Below are positions 12,295-24,177 of a DNA stretch of 41,373 nucleotides, one piece after another. The notes below the pieces were generated by a model that did no database searches, had not been told where the DNA came from, and worked only from the letters and a program-made list of their open reading frames with translations. The stretch is from Asterionella formosa (taxonomy: Eukaryota). Each line of letters opens with the position of its first letter. Position 1 is the stretch's first letter. The translations under genes were made by a program, and so were the position numbers. The stretch covers positions 1 through 41,373 of the forward strand of contig NKIB01014690.1 of the NCBI GenBank assembly GCA_002256025.1, read 5' to 3'.

Positions 12295-14484
12295 TTACCT
12301 TAAAACCTGATTGCTGCTTTCAAACTTTTCTCGATTAGCCCGTCTTGCCGCAAGAGCCTCTTGCAACAGATCCTTAGCATTGGCGCCCTTTTGTTCTTGC
12401 ACCTTGCGTCCACGAGAGTTGGATCTCGTCATAAACGGTTTGCGGGGCTCTTGATCAAAGGAAATGTGCCTCATTGCAGAGGGAGATTCGAGTTGCTGCG
12501 AAAATTTTGAAGGATCCATCGCCGGTGTTTCCGCCACAATTTGATTCGGTCGTGTGGTAAACTCTGGCGATCGCAGCGACAGTGCACTGGAGGAACGATG
12601 GCTTCGGAACACACGACCCTGTGGCGACCTTGATTTGCTATTTCCTTCATAGTTGTGCTTGGAGGGAGGTGACCCAGTGACAGCCTTCTTGACGGAGACA
12701 TGCCGACTTCGTTCCGTCGATCGAGATCGCCCAGCTAACTTGCAACGAGACCGTTCCACAGACCGGCTTCTGGTCGATGACGCCTGAACGAAGTAGTTCG
12801 AATTATTGCTGTTGAAATGCGAACCGACGTATGTTGGCTTACAATCCTTAATTAGGGAGTTCTTCTTGGCAGAAAGAAGTGAAGCTCGAGAAAGGTTAAG
12901 TGACGAAACAAGGTAAGAGGATTCCCCTGAGGACGATGGTTGCAATGGGAGGGTTTCTCCAGAACTTTGTCGCGACTTTCCCTCGTCAGATTTGAGCATT
13001 TCCTTCTTTTCTTTTGTTTCATTTCTGTTCTCCCTTTTCGATGAACTAGATAGCGATTTCGATCGCTCCAATTCCGTTGTTTTGCTCATTTTGTTTCGAG
13101 CATTCTCATATTTTTTATCCTCCGAGATGCTACGAGACAACAACGTCGACTTATAAAGCTCTTCCCTTGATTTTTGTTTTGTGTCCCTCTCTTGCCGCTC
13201 CTTCTTTTTGGCTGATTTCGCCTTGACGAGCGATGAATCGTCGATTTCCTCAGCAAACTTGACACGTTCAGCTTTTCTTGCCTTGGCGGGTGTAAAAATG
13301 ACAGCCGCGATATTTTTCGAGTCATAATCGTCATCTGGAATTGCCAAAAAAGGATTGGGCACTTCGAAATATTCAAATAAATCGGTAGTTAAATCAGGCG
13401 CACTGCAATAAATTGACTGTGGAATGGTTTCTTTCAAAAATAGGTCGAAAGGCTGTGAAGAGTCCAATATAAACGATGAAAATGAAAGGACTGTTGTGAC
13501 TTGAGTGAACAAAATGTCTCGAGGTAAAGTAGGGGTCTCTCCATCGCGTCGTTTCGTAGCCCGTTTGGACGATTTCTTGGTTGTGGTTATTTCCAACCAC
13601 AACTCTGGATTCATACAATATAGTTGCAATCGCATCAACGTTTGAATTTGTACATGACGTAATAGGGATTTTGTGTTGGCGACTGACTTTGTTGACACCA
13701 ACTCGTACATGCTTGTTTCGTCCAACAAAACTTCATTCGATAGGAATTCCTGCAAAACCCGTTTGTTGACTTGAATTTCCGCCACGCACTTAGGCAGCAT
13801 GTCGCCAAGAATGGCCTGGGGTAAAAATTGAGTAACAAAGATCGCTGGTGTGGGGGTACCTGTTTCCAGAGTGGATTGAAATATTGCCTTAAGATCTGGC
13901 ACGGAAATGGGTCGGAAGTTGCCGTCGCAGGGTATCACGTGCAGCCATGCGAAGGGCGACTTTTTGAGGGGATTTTGAATAGCATTACTATTTGTTTTTA
14001 TGTTTCCCACAACCTTTTCCGGAGCTTTAACTTTCTTGTTGTTAGACTTGGCCTTGGCATCCATCATGCGCCTCTTGGTGGGGCTCAAACCAGTCGAAAC
14101 CAGCGAGAGCGTTGTAAGTTTAGAAGATGTCGGCGTATATAGATACTTCATTGTTGAGTCTGTTGCATCAATTAATAACAATATTGCTTTCATGCTGGTG
14201 AGCATCACGTTGATCGTCGCCATATCCAGTGTATCGCTTGAGCGCTCAACTGGTTCCAGAGCGCTATGGTAGCTTGTATTCGGGGGCCTGTCACAGAGGG
14301 GTAAAATCTTTGCTGACAGAAGTTTCTTAGGAAAATAAGTTTGCTGATCATTATATTCACGAGATAGAGTAAACTTGCAACGCAGGTTTCCGGTAAAGGC
14401 ATCATTGTCGCCAAAGGAAATGGTGAGTTCCGGGCACGATCCAGGCCCGGACGGTTTGCTGCTGCCCTTCTTTGGAGTTGTCAT
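12295..14484 (-). CDS. 729-aa protein, candidate Treslin/Sld3 (TICRR)-like replication initiation factor
   Basis: Long intronless ATG ORF. RHVQIQTLMRLQL and VTTVLSF...FLKETI...APDLTTDLF resemble the Sld3/Treslin domain as I remember it. The basic disordered tail contains IVAETP and LESP. The CDS is secure; the identity is inferred. Confidence 0.55.
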   Translation of the reverse strand: MTTPKKGSSKPSGPGSCPELTISFGDNDAFTGNLRCKFTLSREYNDQQTYFPKKLLSAKILPLCDRPPNTSYHSALEPVERSSDTLDMATINVMLTSMKAILLLIDATDSTMKYLYTPTSSKLTTLSLVSTGLSPTKRRMMDAKAKSNNKKVKAPEKVVGNIKTNSNAIQNPLKKSPFAWLHVIPCDGNFRPISVPDLKAIFQSTLETGTPTPAIFVTQFLPQAILGDMLPKCVAEIQVNKRVLQEFLSNEVLLDETSMYELVSTKSVANTKSLLRHVQIQTLMRLQLYCMNPELWLEITTTKKSSKRATKRRDGETPTLPRDILFTQVTTVLSFSSFILDSSQPFDLFLKETIPQSIYCSAPDLTTDLFEYFEVPNPFLAIPDDDYDSKNIAAVIFTPAKARKAERVKFAEEIDDSSLVKAKSAKKKERQERDTKQKSREELYKSTLLSRSISEDKKYENARNKMSKTTELERSKSLSSSSKRENRNETKEKKEMLKSDEGKSRQSSGETLPLQPSSSGESSYLVSSLNLSRASLLSAKKNSLIKDCKPTYVGSHFNSNNSNYFVQASSTRSRSVERSRCKLAGRSRSTERSRHVSVKKAVTGSPPSKHNYEGNSKSRSPQGRVFRSHRSSSALSLRSPEFTTRPNQIVAETPAMDPSKFSQQLESPSAMRHISFDQEPRKPFMTRSNSRGRKVQEQKGANAKDLLQEALAARRANREKFESSNQVLR

Positions 14485-15657
14485 GACTGACTAAACAGAT
14501 GTTTTGAGCTGTCCGCAGGATGGAAGGATATTTTCAAAGAGATAACGGCCGAATAAAAAAAAGCATCAAATTGTAGACCATAGCGAAATGGTTGATGTAC
14601 TTTGTAAGAAGATAGCAAAAATCATAACCAATGTCGTCGTCTACCAGTAGTAATCAAATAACCAAGAAACAATCGACTCCCGTCGCCCGCCAGCCAAAAT
14701 ATTTGGCGCACCATCAGCTAGCCTCAATAAATACTCGGTACATTTTGCACGGTATGTGTGCTTTCATGTTCTAAACAGAGCTGCAGGTTTCTTGAGGTAT
14801 GCATGGAAATATGTTTCTAGTTTTTTTTCAGATGCATGAGAAGTCTGCCTGCCACAATCATCTCCAAAATATCTGTGTGGGATGGCACAAAAGCAGAATT
14901 GACAATGGGCAAAAAGGCTGTTATTTCATAGCTTTCCAAGTACATTCACCCAGCACTGTGGGTCCAAAATCATGATGTGAACATTTCAAAAGGTCATCAG
15001 CTTGAAAGAATGACAGTTCTGTAGAGGGAACAGGGTACTAAGAGGTGATGGCAATTGTGGTCACAGCTCCCAGGACTGTGGATGATGCTGATACTACTGA
15101 GCTGTAGGCCCTTGAAAATCACTTCTAGTAGATCATTTCTGATGCTGATCCAGATACCTTTAAACATGATGAAGGCGATTATGTACTTGAGGAGGCAGCA
15201 GAATATGAAGTGATGCTTTCAGAGCTTCTTGAACTTGTCAAGTTTACTGGCGCAGTTTATGACTCTGAAAATTTTGCCATTCCAGGTAGGTTAATTGATA
15301 TTGGTGTTGACAATACCCTTGTATCTGAAATTTTTATCACAATGAAATTGCAAACAATTTGTTTGATAAGCAATGAGTGCTGGGGGAGGAAGGAGTCAAG
15401 AATTCATGACCGGAGACAGTTGAATGCATCAAAGATCAATTCCATATTTTCATCATTTCCAATTCATTTAAAGTCCACTGCCTTCTGTTTATTTGGAACA
15501 ATTCTATTTTGTTTTTCATTAATCAAAGAAGTAGAGGGAAAACCTATCTGTAAACGTACAATCCAATAATACCTTGTATGTACCAGTATGTGTGTATCTA
15601 TGTGTGTTTGCATGTATCAATTATGCTTAGGTTATGTATGGATGTATATATGTATTA

Positions 15658-15683
15658 ATGTATGTATGTATGTATGTATGTAT
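15658..15683. repeat. (ATGT)n microsatellite with degenerate upstream flank
   Basis: atgtatgtatgtatgtatgtatgtat read directly. Confidence 0.85.
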
Positions 15684-15946
15684 TGCATATGATCCCATCA
15701 AGCAATTCTTTGTCATATCGGTACGTAGTAATGCATGCATCACCAATATCTTAATTTAACTTCAGAAGCACAGACACATCGGCACTTCCACCACCAAAAA
15801 ACTGACGACGCCATCAACGTATGCCACCGATGATCGAACAGTCCTATTAACCAGCACTGATGGCCTTGAAGTAATAACAAAATTAGATCTTTACTGTTAC
15901 AACTGCTATCTGCCGAAACACAACGTCTTAGCTGGGTTCCGAAAGC

Positions 15947-16678
15947 ATGTTTATCCTCACTACCATAGTCGACACGGTTCGCATTCCTCCACATATGCTG
16001 GCTCAGCCAACTCTAGTCAGTGTACATTCAGAAATGGACAAGAAATACCCCAACCGCGTCATAATGGATGTAGGTCTCGTGGTTTGTCGGTACGGTGACG
16101 CCTTACATCTGGGCGACGGCGTGTGTGTGGCTGGTGACGGAGGCGCACATCATGAAATTATCTCTAAATGGCTCGTTTTTCGCCCTTTTGTGGAAGAAGT
16201 TTGTTTAGGTTACATCTCCAAATCGACACGAGACGGAATATCAGTGAGCATGGGGTTCTTTGAAGATATCTATATACCAGCCTACTGGATGCTCCGGCCC
16301 TCTCAGTTTGAGGAGGACACTGGCTTGTGGGTGTGGACACCTAATTATGGGGAGGAAGGCGATGGCGAGCCCGAGCGTTTTGACATGGACGTGGGAGCAG
16401 AGATTCGATTCAAAGTCAAGAGTATAAATTTCACTCAAGTCACCAATACGGCCAAAGGTGTGCAGGCGACCACGACGACGACATCGCAGTCTATTGCCAC
16501 GCCGCGAGACCAAGGCCCAGTGAGAAAGCGTAGTACGAGCATTGACATTAGTGATAGTACAATGGCCACACCAGCGAGCATGCATATTGTTGCTAGTATT
16601 TGTGAAGATGGTTTGGGCTTGACGAGTTGGTGGACAGCCGCAGCAGACGAAGATGAAGAGGAAGAAATCGGTGAATAG
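15947..16678 (+). CDS. POLR3H: RNA polymerase III subunit RPC25/RPC8, 243 aa
   Basis: MFILTTIVDTVRIPP, KKYPNRVIMDVGL, VFRPFVEEV, SMGFFEDIYIP, LWVW and EDGLGLTSWW are characteristic of RPC25. Confidence 0.93.
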   Translation: MFILTTIVDTVRIPPHMLAQPTLVSVHSEMDKKYPNRVIMDVGLVVCRYGDALHLGDGVCVAGDGGAHHEIISKWLVFRPFVEEVCLGYISKSTRDGISVSMGFFEDIYIPAYWMLRPSQFEEDTGLWVWTPNYGEEGDGEPERFDMDVGAEIRFKVKSINFTQVTNTAKGVQATTTTTSQSIATPRDQGPVRKRSTSIDISDSTMATPASMHIVASICEDGLGLTSWWTAAADEDEEEEIGE

Positions 16679-18162
16679 TCCGTACTGCAGATCAAATTCC
16701 CTGAGGAACATCGGAATATTCTGTATTACTTGCTTCGATATTGCAAACGCACTTGGAATAATCACCACCAGTCATCTTGATCCCGCGTATGCAGCATCCA
16801 AAAGTATTTCCATCTTCAGGAGTTTTACCAAACCACCAAATGACAGATGAGCTTTTTGGTAGTAAACCAAACAGACCACAAGCTCAGTATTTTGCGCTTT
16901 GATTGTAAACCAGATCCATTCTTTTGGAACTCGTTTGCTAGCGAGAGATCTTGTCCTAGCAATTTGAAATACCGCAACGAATGTCAAACTGATCAATTCA
17001 ATTGCAGATCGTATGATAGAGAAGGATCTTGTCCTAGCGATGTGAACTGCAGCGACAAAACTTCGAGTTTAGGGTTTTTATTGGGTAGAGAACATTCCCT
17101 GTCCTCGGTGGTTTGGCTGCCTCTGAACCTTCATTACCAGCCATTCATTCATGAACTCTGGATGTTGAGTTGTTTTCCTCAAGACTACGGCTATAACAAT
17201 CACATGAATAATCGGAGTAACAGATATGAACTAATTTATTTATCTACAAAGAGTTTATTGATGGCGAATTACCAATTTGTATAGTGGTAGAAGCTGAGAA
17301 ATATAAAAGTATGCTGTGAGTTTCAAACTATGGGTATTACCACATAGTAATGTGTGGCAGCCCCTTCATAAATCATATGAACTATGTAGCAAACCAGTAT
17401 AACTAGTCCATTGTTGACATACTGGTACATAAACAGATGCCAGGAAATGCATCCTCACTTTCCTTCCTTTGGCAATGATGTAGCAGCAGCTATGTACACA
17501 TGAATTAAAGATTAGTATGTTTCTTCAAGTTTTAGCAAAATTTTACTTACCTTAAAGTTGAGCCCATTTGCATAAACTTAAATAGTCCCTGACAAGCAAG
17601 TACCTTAACCCAAAATTAGAACATGTTTTTTCAAATTATCTGAAAATATTGAATTTTGTCCAGTCATGTTTATGTTGGCCAGTCAGTGGACACAACCATA
17701 CGTTAGTAGCTTCAAACTTTGATTTCTCAATGGCTGCAGAGTCAGGGAAAAATCTGTTAGTGAACAACATGATGAAGCAAGATTGCCACAAGAACTTGCA
17801 GCTACATCTGCTTGATCATGACTCCGGACATGGTAGGTCGACATAAAGAAGGATCTCATACAACTATTTTAGAGTTGGTTCAAATTGGTCGTCTCGATAT
17901 CCATGTTCCTCATATATATATGCTCGAATTTGCTTTGCAGCTATTTATATAGCCGGTTGTACTCAACAAATTTCAGGTTTTCAATGTCATACATAAGATA
18001 CCTGTAGTGGATAGTGCCCATTCCGATCTGCGAACCAATCCTCACAGCAACACCCGGCCATCTTCCTCTGTACCTCCTGTTGAGAGAAGCCTTTATTCGC
18101 AAGGAAGCCAACCGACCATCTCCACTTCGTGATCTGGTAATCCTCATCTCGCACTTTCTACC

Positions 18163-19799
18163 ATGGACCTACTTGGAGACCTCGGCGATGCTGATCAGCT
18201 GACTTCAGGTGCGTCAACACTCAACTAGTGCTTCTGTGCTCACTGCACCCCTAAACTCAATTATCACACACACTACACACACTTGCCTGCACTTCAACCA
18301 TTTATCGCTAACACAATGGTTGTTTGCTCATCCAAGCCCGCGCTGAAATCGCTGTCTTGACTGCCAAAGTAAAGGAATTGGCCTTTCAGGTGAAGGAACT
18401 TACATTTGCCAATGCGTCGCTCCAAGCTGAAGTTGAAATGTATCGCAAGGACGCGGCACTTCCAAATTTCTCGAACCTCGCACTCGGCAAGTCGACCGAC
18501 TCCACCATGGATGTCGATGATTCGCCCGATGCATTTCTTCGGTCTGGGAACGGGGTATGTCAGATGCGATGGCCATGACGACGCCTGTGCTAGCTGCGGA
18601 ACAACATGTTGCTTACACCTAGGCCGCACTCTCTTTCTCCACAAACTATTCCAGGTTTTCCCTTCTGATCCCGCAGTGGTGCTTGACCAGATTCACGGAA
18701 TCGCGAATCCCCTCTGCTGTGCACTAAGCGCCGATGACACTCTGCTTGCAACAGGCGGAGCAGATTCGCAATTGATAATTTGTCAATGGGGGGCTGCCTT
18801 GGCGCCGATCCCAGGAGCTGCTGAAATTGCCATTCAAAAGGCCGTCAAGATTGAGTGTTCGGCTCCTGTGATCTGTACTGCATTTTCGCAGCACGCAATG
18901 GGCAAGTCTCTGCCAGTGATTGCAGCAGGGTGAGTGAGGAATTCAGTATCCTTGCATATTGCCGACGTCGACCACTCTGACGCCATTTCTCTATGAATAC
19001 ATGTTTCTTCAGTTGCATGGACGGTTCTATTCACTTGATTGGATGGGGAACGGCAGGTGGACTGATGGCTACAAAACTTAATCCTTCGATAGAGCTGAAG
19101 CATTCAAAGTATATCAAAGCTTTGGTATGGTGCCCAACTGCGCCACTTTTAGCCACGGCCTCTGCCGATGGAGTTGTTTATCTGGCGAAAATTTCTGATC
19201 TCCAGAATGACGGAAATGTCAAGGTTGAATTAGCAGAGCAGCTCAATTTAAACGGAACCGTTGAGAGTATATGTTTTACCGAGGATGGCACCAAACTGAT
19301 TTGCTATACTCGTGGTAACCCCTTTCTTTCGTATTTTGATCTGGAAGACAATATGAGCCATAAAAAGATCAACCTCAACGCAGCCGGCGTTGGTACCGCT
19401 GCCTTTGAAGATCATGTGTCGTTTGCCGTCATGGACATGGCTGTGTCGCCGAATGGAGGAAAATTTTTGGCCCTTGCCACCGATACGTCGCGAAATATCA
19501 TTATTGACATTGCGACTGGAAAGCAACTCCGTAATCTTTATGGACACTTGAATGACGCATATTCGATACCCAAGATTTGCTGGTCATGCAACGGACAATA
19601 CATTATGGGAAACACTCAGGAGGATGGGAGTATTTGCATCTGGGACGTGGCATCCGCAAAAATTGTCAAGAAGCTGGATTTGGCTGCTGGGGGACACCTC
19701 ATGCCGGTTCGAGATTTATTTTCCAGCAAGTTAAGTGATACCTTGGTAACCACCTCCTATGACAAAAACACGAAACTGTGGGTGACGGCAGTGGAGTGA
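18163..19799 (+). CDS. WD40-repeat protein with N-terminal coiled coil; join(18163..18208,18337..18554,18655..18929,19013..19799), 441 aa
   Basis: Three GT-AG introns (18209..18336 with CTAAC, 18555..18654, 18930..19012) keep the frame. WD motifs include LATGGADS, LATASADG, LYGH, ICIWD and TTSYDKNTKLW. Confidence 0.88.
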
Positions 19800-20284
19800 A
19801 CCGTGCGATTGATGATGTAACAACTGTTGATTCCATGTAGCATGTTGTAGCATGGATACATCGCTGTTTTTGGTTACTATTTTCCGATGGTTTTGGTTTT
19901 CTCAGGGTCCACTCTGAATTTTGAAATGGTAGTACGCTTTGAACCAATACGTTCTCTGCCAACTTTCTGTTAGCCCAATCTGGGCGTTGTTCCGGTTGCT
20001 TTTGAAACTGCAGTCTTCGTTTTCCTGTCAGTCTGTCGTGCTTGCAAGCTCCTCGGGAGGCTAATATCATAACTGGCATACACATATAGCAGTACAGGAA
20101 AATCTGAATCGACATGGGATTTGGTTGATTGATAGTCTCTGGTTTCTGATGGCAAAGAATAGATTACCGGTAGTGTGGTCACGACTTCAATTTCTCCTAT
20201 CTACATAGTTTACGTAGGGCATCACAGTAAAATAACAATACCAGCTCCATTGTCTGAAAATTATATTTATCAACTCTAGTCAAG

Positions 20285-21457
20285 TTAAGCAGCAGACGCA
20301 GAATCCGTGGAGATCGAACGGCGCCTGCGTCCAAGACGAGAAAAGAATCCCGACTTCTTGGACCCATTAGAATTGTCCGACTTTTCGCCGGCTTCGTCCT
20401 CGACAATCCTGAAAGCATGCTTCGACGACTGGCGTTTTGGTTCCTTTTCGGACGCTCCCAAGTTTAATTCATGCAATAATGTTTCAAGGTTTTCAACAAT
20501 GATCAGATTTTGACAGGCGGGGGTGGATCCGATCGCGGATGTGTAGAAAATATCCCGTTTGGGAAGCATTGCCTTCAAATCGAGCTGTTTCAAGTACATA
20601 ATCCAAAAGTCCCAATGATCCTTACGAGCATAGTCCAATGGCGTATGCCCTCTTTTATCACAAACAAGCAACATATCACACTCCTTGGACACAATATAAT
20701 CCACCAAGTCGGGGCACGGCTCAGTCGTCCAACATGCATCATGAAGTGGGGTTCGGCCAGTGTCGTCCCGAATCCAAAGATCATGTCCACATTCATCCAC
20801 CAAGAATTTCACCACCTCCAGAAAGCCTCTACGACATGCCGTGTGAAGGAGTGATTCGCCAAAATTGTTAGCAGCTTGGAGTGTCCGGCCACCTTCATGC
20901 CAACTTCTCAATAGTTCAATATTTCTGTTCCGAATGGCTGCGATTGCGTCCTTGTCGTAAGCCTCCATCTGCTCCTTGGTCCATTCAGAAAAAACACCTG
21001 TCATTTTGAGAGATGGAAATGTTCTCGGAGATGTTCCATCAGGAGAAAACTTTCTAAACTCCTGTAGCAGGTACGTGACAGGAGATCCTGGTAAAGGAGT
21101 GAAATCAGACATGTCCGAAGTTGACCTGCTCGACGCTGATCTCGATGACCTGTGCGACCTGTCGCTCTTCTCTTTCTTATCCTTTTTCGATTTCTTCTTC
21201 TTATCCTTGCCATCCTTATCTTGGGATAAATACTTTTTCTTAGTCTTGTCTCGCCGAGTTGTCGCTTCTGAACTGGTTCCCAGCCCGTTGGACAATGGTC
21301 TCAGACTTCTAGGGACCTTTCGTTTTATCAGGGAAGGACCAGACTGATCGTGGAAGACCAAATGTTGAGCTTCATTCATGAGATAAGATAGTATCATTGA
21401 TTCTGATTTCAAAGCTGATCTCGACACGAGGTCTTCATCATGAACCCCTGACATCAT
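20285..21457 (-). CDS. Ankyrin-repeat protein, 390 aa
   Basis: NNFGESLLHTACRRG, DDTGRTPLHDACW and DKRGHTPLDYA. Confidence 0.9.
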   Translation of the reverse strand: MMSGVHDEDLVSRSALKSESMILSYLMNEAQHLVFHDQSGPSLIKRKVPRSLRPLSNGLGTSSEATTRRDKTKKKYLSQDKDGKDKKKKSKKDKKEKSDRSHRSSRSASSRSTSDMSDFTPLPGSPVTYLLQEFRKFSPDGTSPRTFPSLKMTGVFSEWTKEQMEAYDKDAIAAIRNRNIELLRSWHEGGRTLQAANNFGESLLHTACRRGFLEVVKFLVDECGHDLWIRDDTGRTPLHDACWTTEPCPDLVDYIVSKECDMLLVCDKRGHTPLDYARKDHWDFWIMYLKQLDLKAMLPKRDIFYTSAIGSTPACQNLIIVENLETLLHELNLGASEKEPKRQSSKHAFRIVEDEAGEKSDNSNGSKKSGFFSRLGRRRRSISTDSASAA

Positions 21458-24177
21458 TAGTTGCGCATGGAGTTACCAGTACAACAGAAGTGACAACTGG
21501 CGTCAAATGTGTTTCAATCAAGCGAGAGGGAATTATGATGCGTGTCCGTTTAGGCTGAGCGCGGAGTTCCGTATTTTTAAAGTTCTTTCCTTATCGTGCA
21601 CTTTAATACCGGTAGGCAGGGTTTTTATTGAACCTGAATTTATGAAGAGCATTTGGGCAACACCACAAGCAATGATGGTTAAAATAAATTACGAGTACCA
21701 CATAATAAGAATTGCAGTAGGAATTGCACCAAGAAATGATTAGGAATTACCATCACTTTCTTGGAAGTCTACACAACGGCAGCTTCTTCTATATACACAA
21801 AGGATCACACTATTAATATAATGTACTGTATCAGTACATGAAAGCTGACTCGTACACCATGTTTGGATGCTGTTTACATCGACCGTATCACCAATGCTAC
21901 AGGTTTACCGGTATGCTGGCACTGGCAGGACCTGAAGTGGCAAAATATGTTGTCGACGTGGTCGATTTCCACTTCGGCGACACATACGTCACATCAACTG
22001 TCTGATACAGCTTCTGGTATGTACGAGAATCGTTTGATTTCATTTAGGTGCATGAATGGGGCATAATTCGTCCACATCGCTAAGAAGTGAGCGAACATAC
22101 ACCAGCTGCTGCTCGAGTCATAAGATGGAAATGCGATTCGAAATTAATGGAAGTGATGATATGATGATAGTTTAGATTTATGAAGTTTTAGGTAATGCAC
22201 ACGCACGGTTCATGCTATATATTAGGCTAGCTAGGTATGTAATTAAAGGGGGTATAACATTAACGTATAAAATGCTAGTAATGTAGAAAATGCGTCGTGT
22301 TGCGAAATAAGGAGGGCTTAAAAATCACATGTTATCAGCTGTAATCACTATGTAGCATATAGGGTACGCGGCGAATGATGAAAATGCCAGTGGCCTTGAA
22401 GAAGCAAGCATGAAATGGATGTGGAGAAAATGCATATGGAATGTACAGACAACATTTTGGGTCTCCTCATTTTTCCAGCCCAACAATCTCTAGCACATTT
22501 ATTATTGGCAGCCCTTTCAGCAGCAGGTTTGAGGATAAAATTTCCCCCAAAAATGTGAAGAAGCAGTTTTCAGCTTTCTTTCATGATGATTGATTGGACA
22601 TCAACCTACCTGTAAAAGATTTTGTTAAGGAGTTGTGGCTTCAGTAAAAGCATATTAGAAATATCAGCTCCATGTGTTATGTTTCAAGAATTGCAAGGAC
22701 AAACAAGAGGCAAAAATGAGTCATTAAATTAATGGGAGTGGCCAGCATGTATTATAACTACTGCCAAGGAGGTCTGTTACCTGATGAGTGGCAGTTCCAA
22801 ATTTCAGCAAAAGTAATGCAGATTTTGCCCTATGCCATCATCTAGGTGGTGATCAGTCATAAAAAGTCAAAAGGTATAAAAAGAGTGTTCGAAAGAGGAA
22901 ATGCATCTCACTATTCTAAATGCTAGTCCTAGTAGATGTCTATAACTGAAAGCTATTTTCTGTATTAGTGAGCATCATCGCACTGTCCTTATATGTCAGA
23001 TCCATCAAGCTACTTAGTTTCTACTTTAGTAGAGGTTGTGGATATAATTAACGGTTGCTATATAAGTTTCATTTGATTATAGCTATTTACATAGTCTCAT
23101 GTCTTATGTATAGGCTACTCAATGTACCATTGTTGGTCAGATGTTGGCTGCATTTTGTGCCATATTAGTGCAAAGGCTTTGAATGGCATGCCTGTTTAAA
23201 ATCAGTGGTATTTTCCATGGAAAATTTTTGATGAATAAAATGTAGTAGACAATCAAAGATGTGACCTCCATCAACTGTGGTGAGCAGCAGGTGTGCCAGG
23301 AATACATTTCATTAGTTGAAAGCAACCATGATGCACAAAAATGTCCTGTTTTTTGCACAAAACTACTAGGTAGTTCAGTCTGAGGAACAAGTGATTACAT
23401 CCCAATGTCTATAGATCTACCAGATGCATCACTAGGCACCTTAAGTTAAGAAACATGAATATAATTGAATATTGGTAGATCTAGACTACCTGTATAGGTG
23501 TTAAAGTGAGCTCATCTATGTAGTTATGACTCATAGTCAAAGAATGAGTCAACTGCTGAGACAAATGAGTCGACTTGGATGTGCGTACCAAGCTCTCATC
23601 GACCACATGTTATTACTCCTACTATATTGAGCCGGACGATATAACAAGCTATTTGGAAGATCAATAGTTTGAATTGAATGATCAATGGTTATAAACCTAT
23701 ATGCCAGTTTGTTTTAAGGTGCGTGGTACATGGGGATGGCAAGCACAAAATTCGTACAAATATTCTGTATGCTGTATGTATGGTGCATTATGTAGCGTTT
23801 ATTTTTAAGCTCATGACCCAAAACCCTCTCATCCAGTGAAAATATGTACTCAATTCCTTCATCATCATTCTTACCACTATCATTGTGTTTAATTGATGAT
23901 ACACCAGTGCTTAGTGCTCCGTATGCTTTTGTGATCTTAGATAAATTACCTCATCGTGTATTCATATACATGCATGTATGTAGCTCCATGTAGTATACCA
24001 TTACCGCTATATACTTTTGGGTGATGTTGTTTACCGGTACTTTCGTTCCTATTTTATTATATGAATTGCAGCATATTAACCTAGCTTTGCTTGACCCATC
24101 ATCGGAATCAGGAGAGGAAGATAGAAACACAAGCAAACTGTACCGTTTCATCAGTCGTTCTCTATTCTTACCCCACC

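Noticed and set aside
15210..15569. 119-aa ORF in a CpG-depleted block
   Set aside because: No recognisable family; probably decayed repeat or pseudogene sequence.
16847..17284. 145-aa ORF containing a 14-bp direct repeat gatcttgtcctagc (16947 and 17025)
   Set aside because: No recognisable domain, and only two repeat copies; not enough to call a gene or an element.
21935..21976. Imperfect hairpin gaagtgg…tcgac-gtg-gtcga…ccacttc
   Set aside because: Asymmetric and short, with no tRNA or snoRNA boxes; compatible with chance.
23525..23572. Cluster of TGACTCA/TGAGTCA (AP-1/GCN4-like) words
   Set aside because: Short words at the edge of relic DNA with no supporting context.
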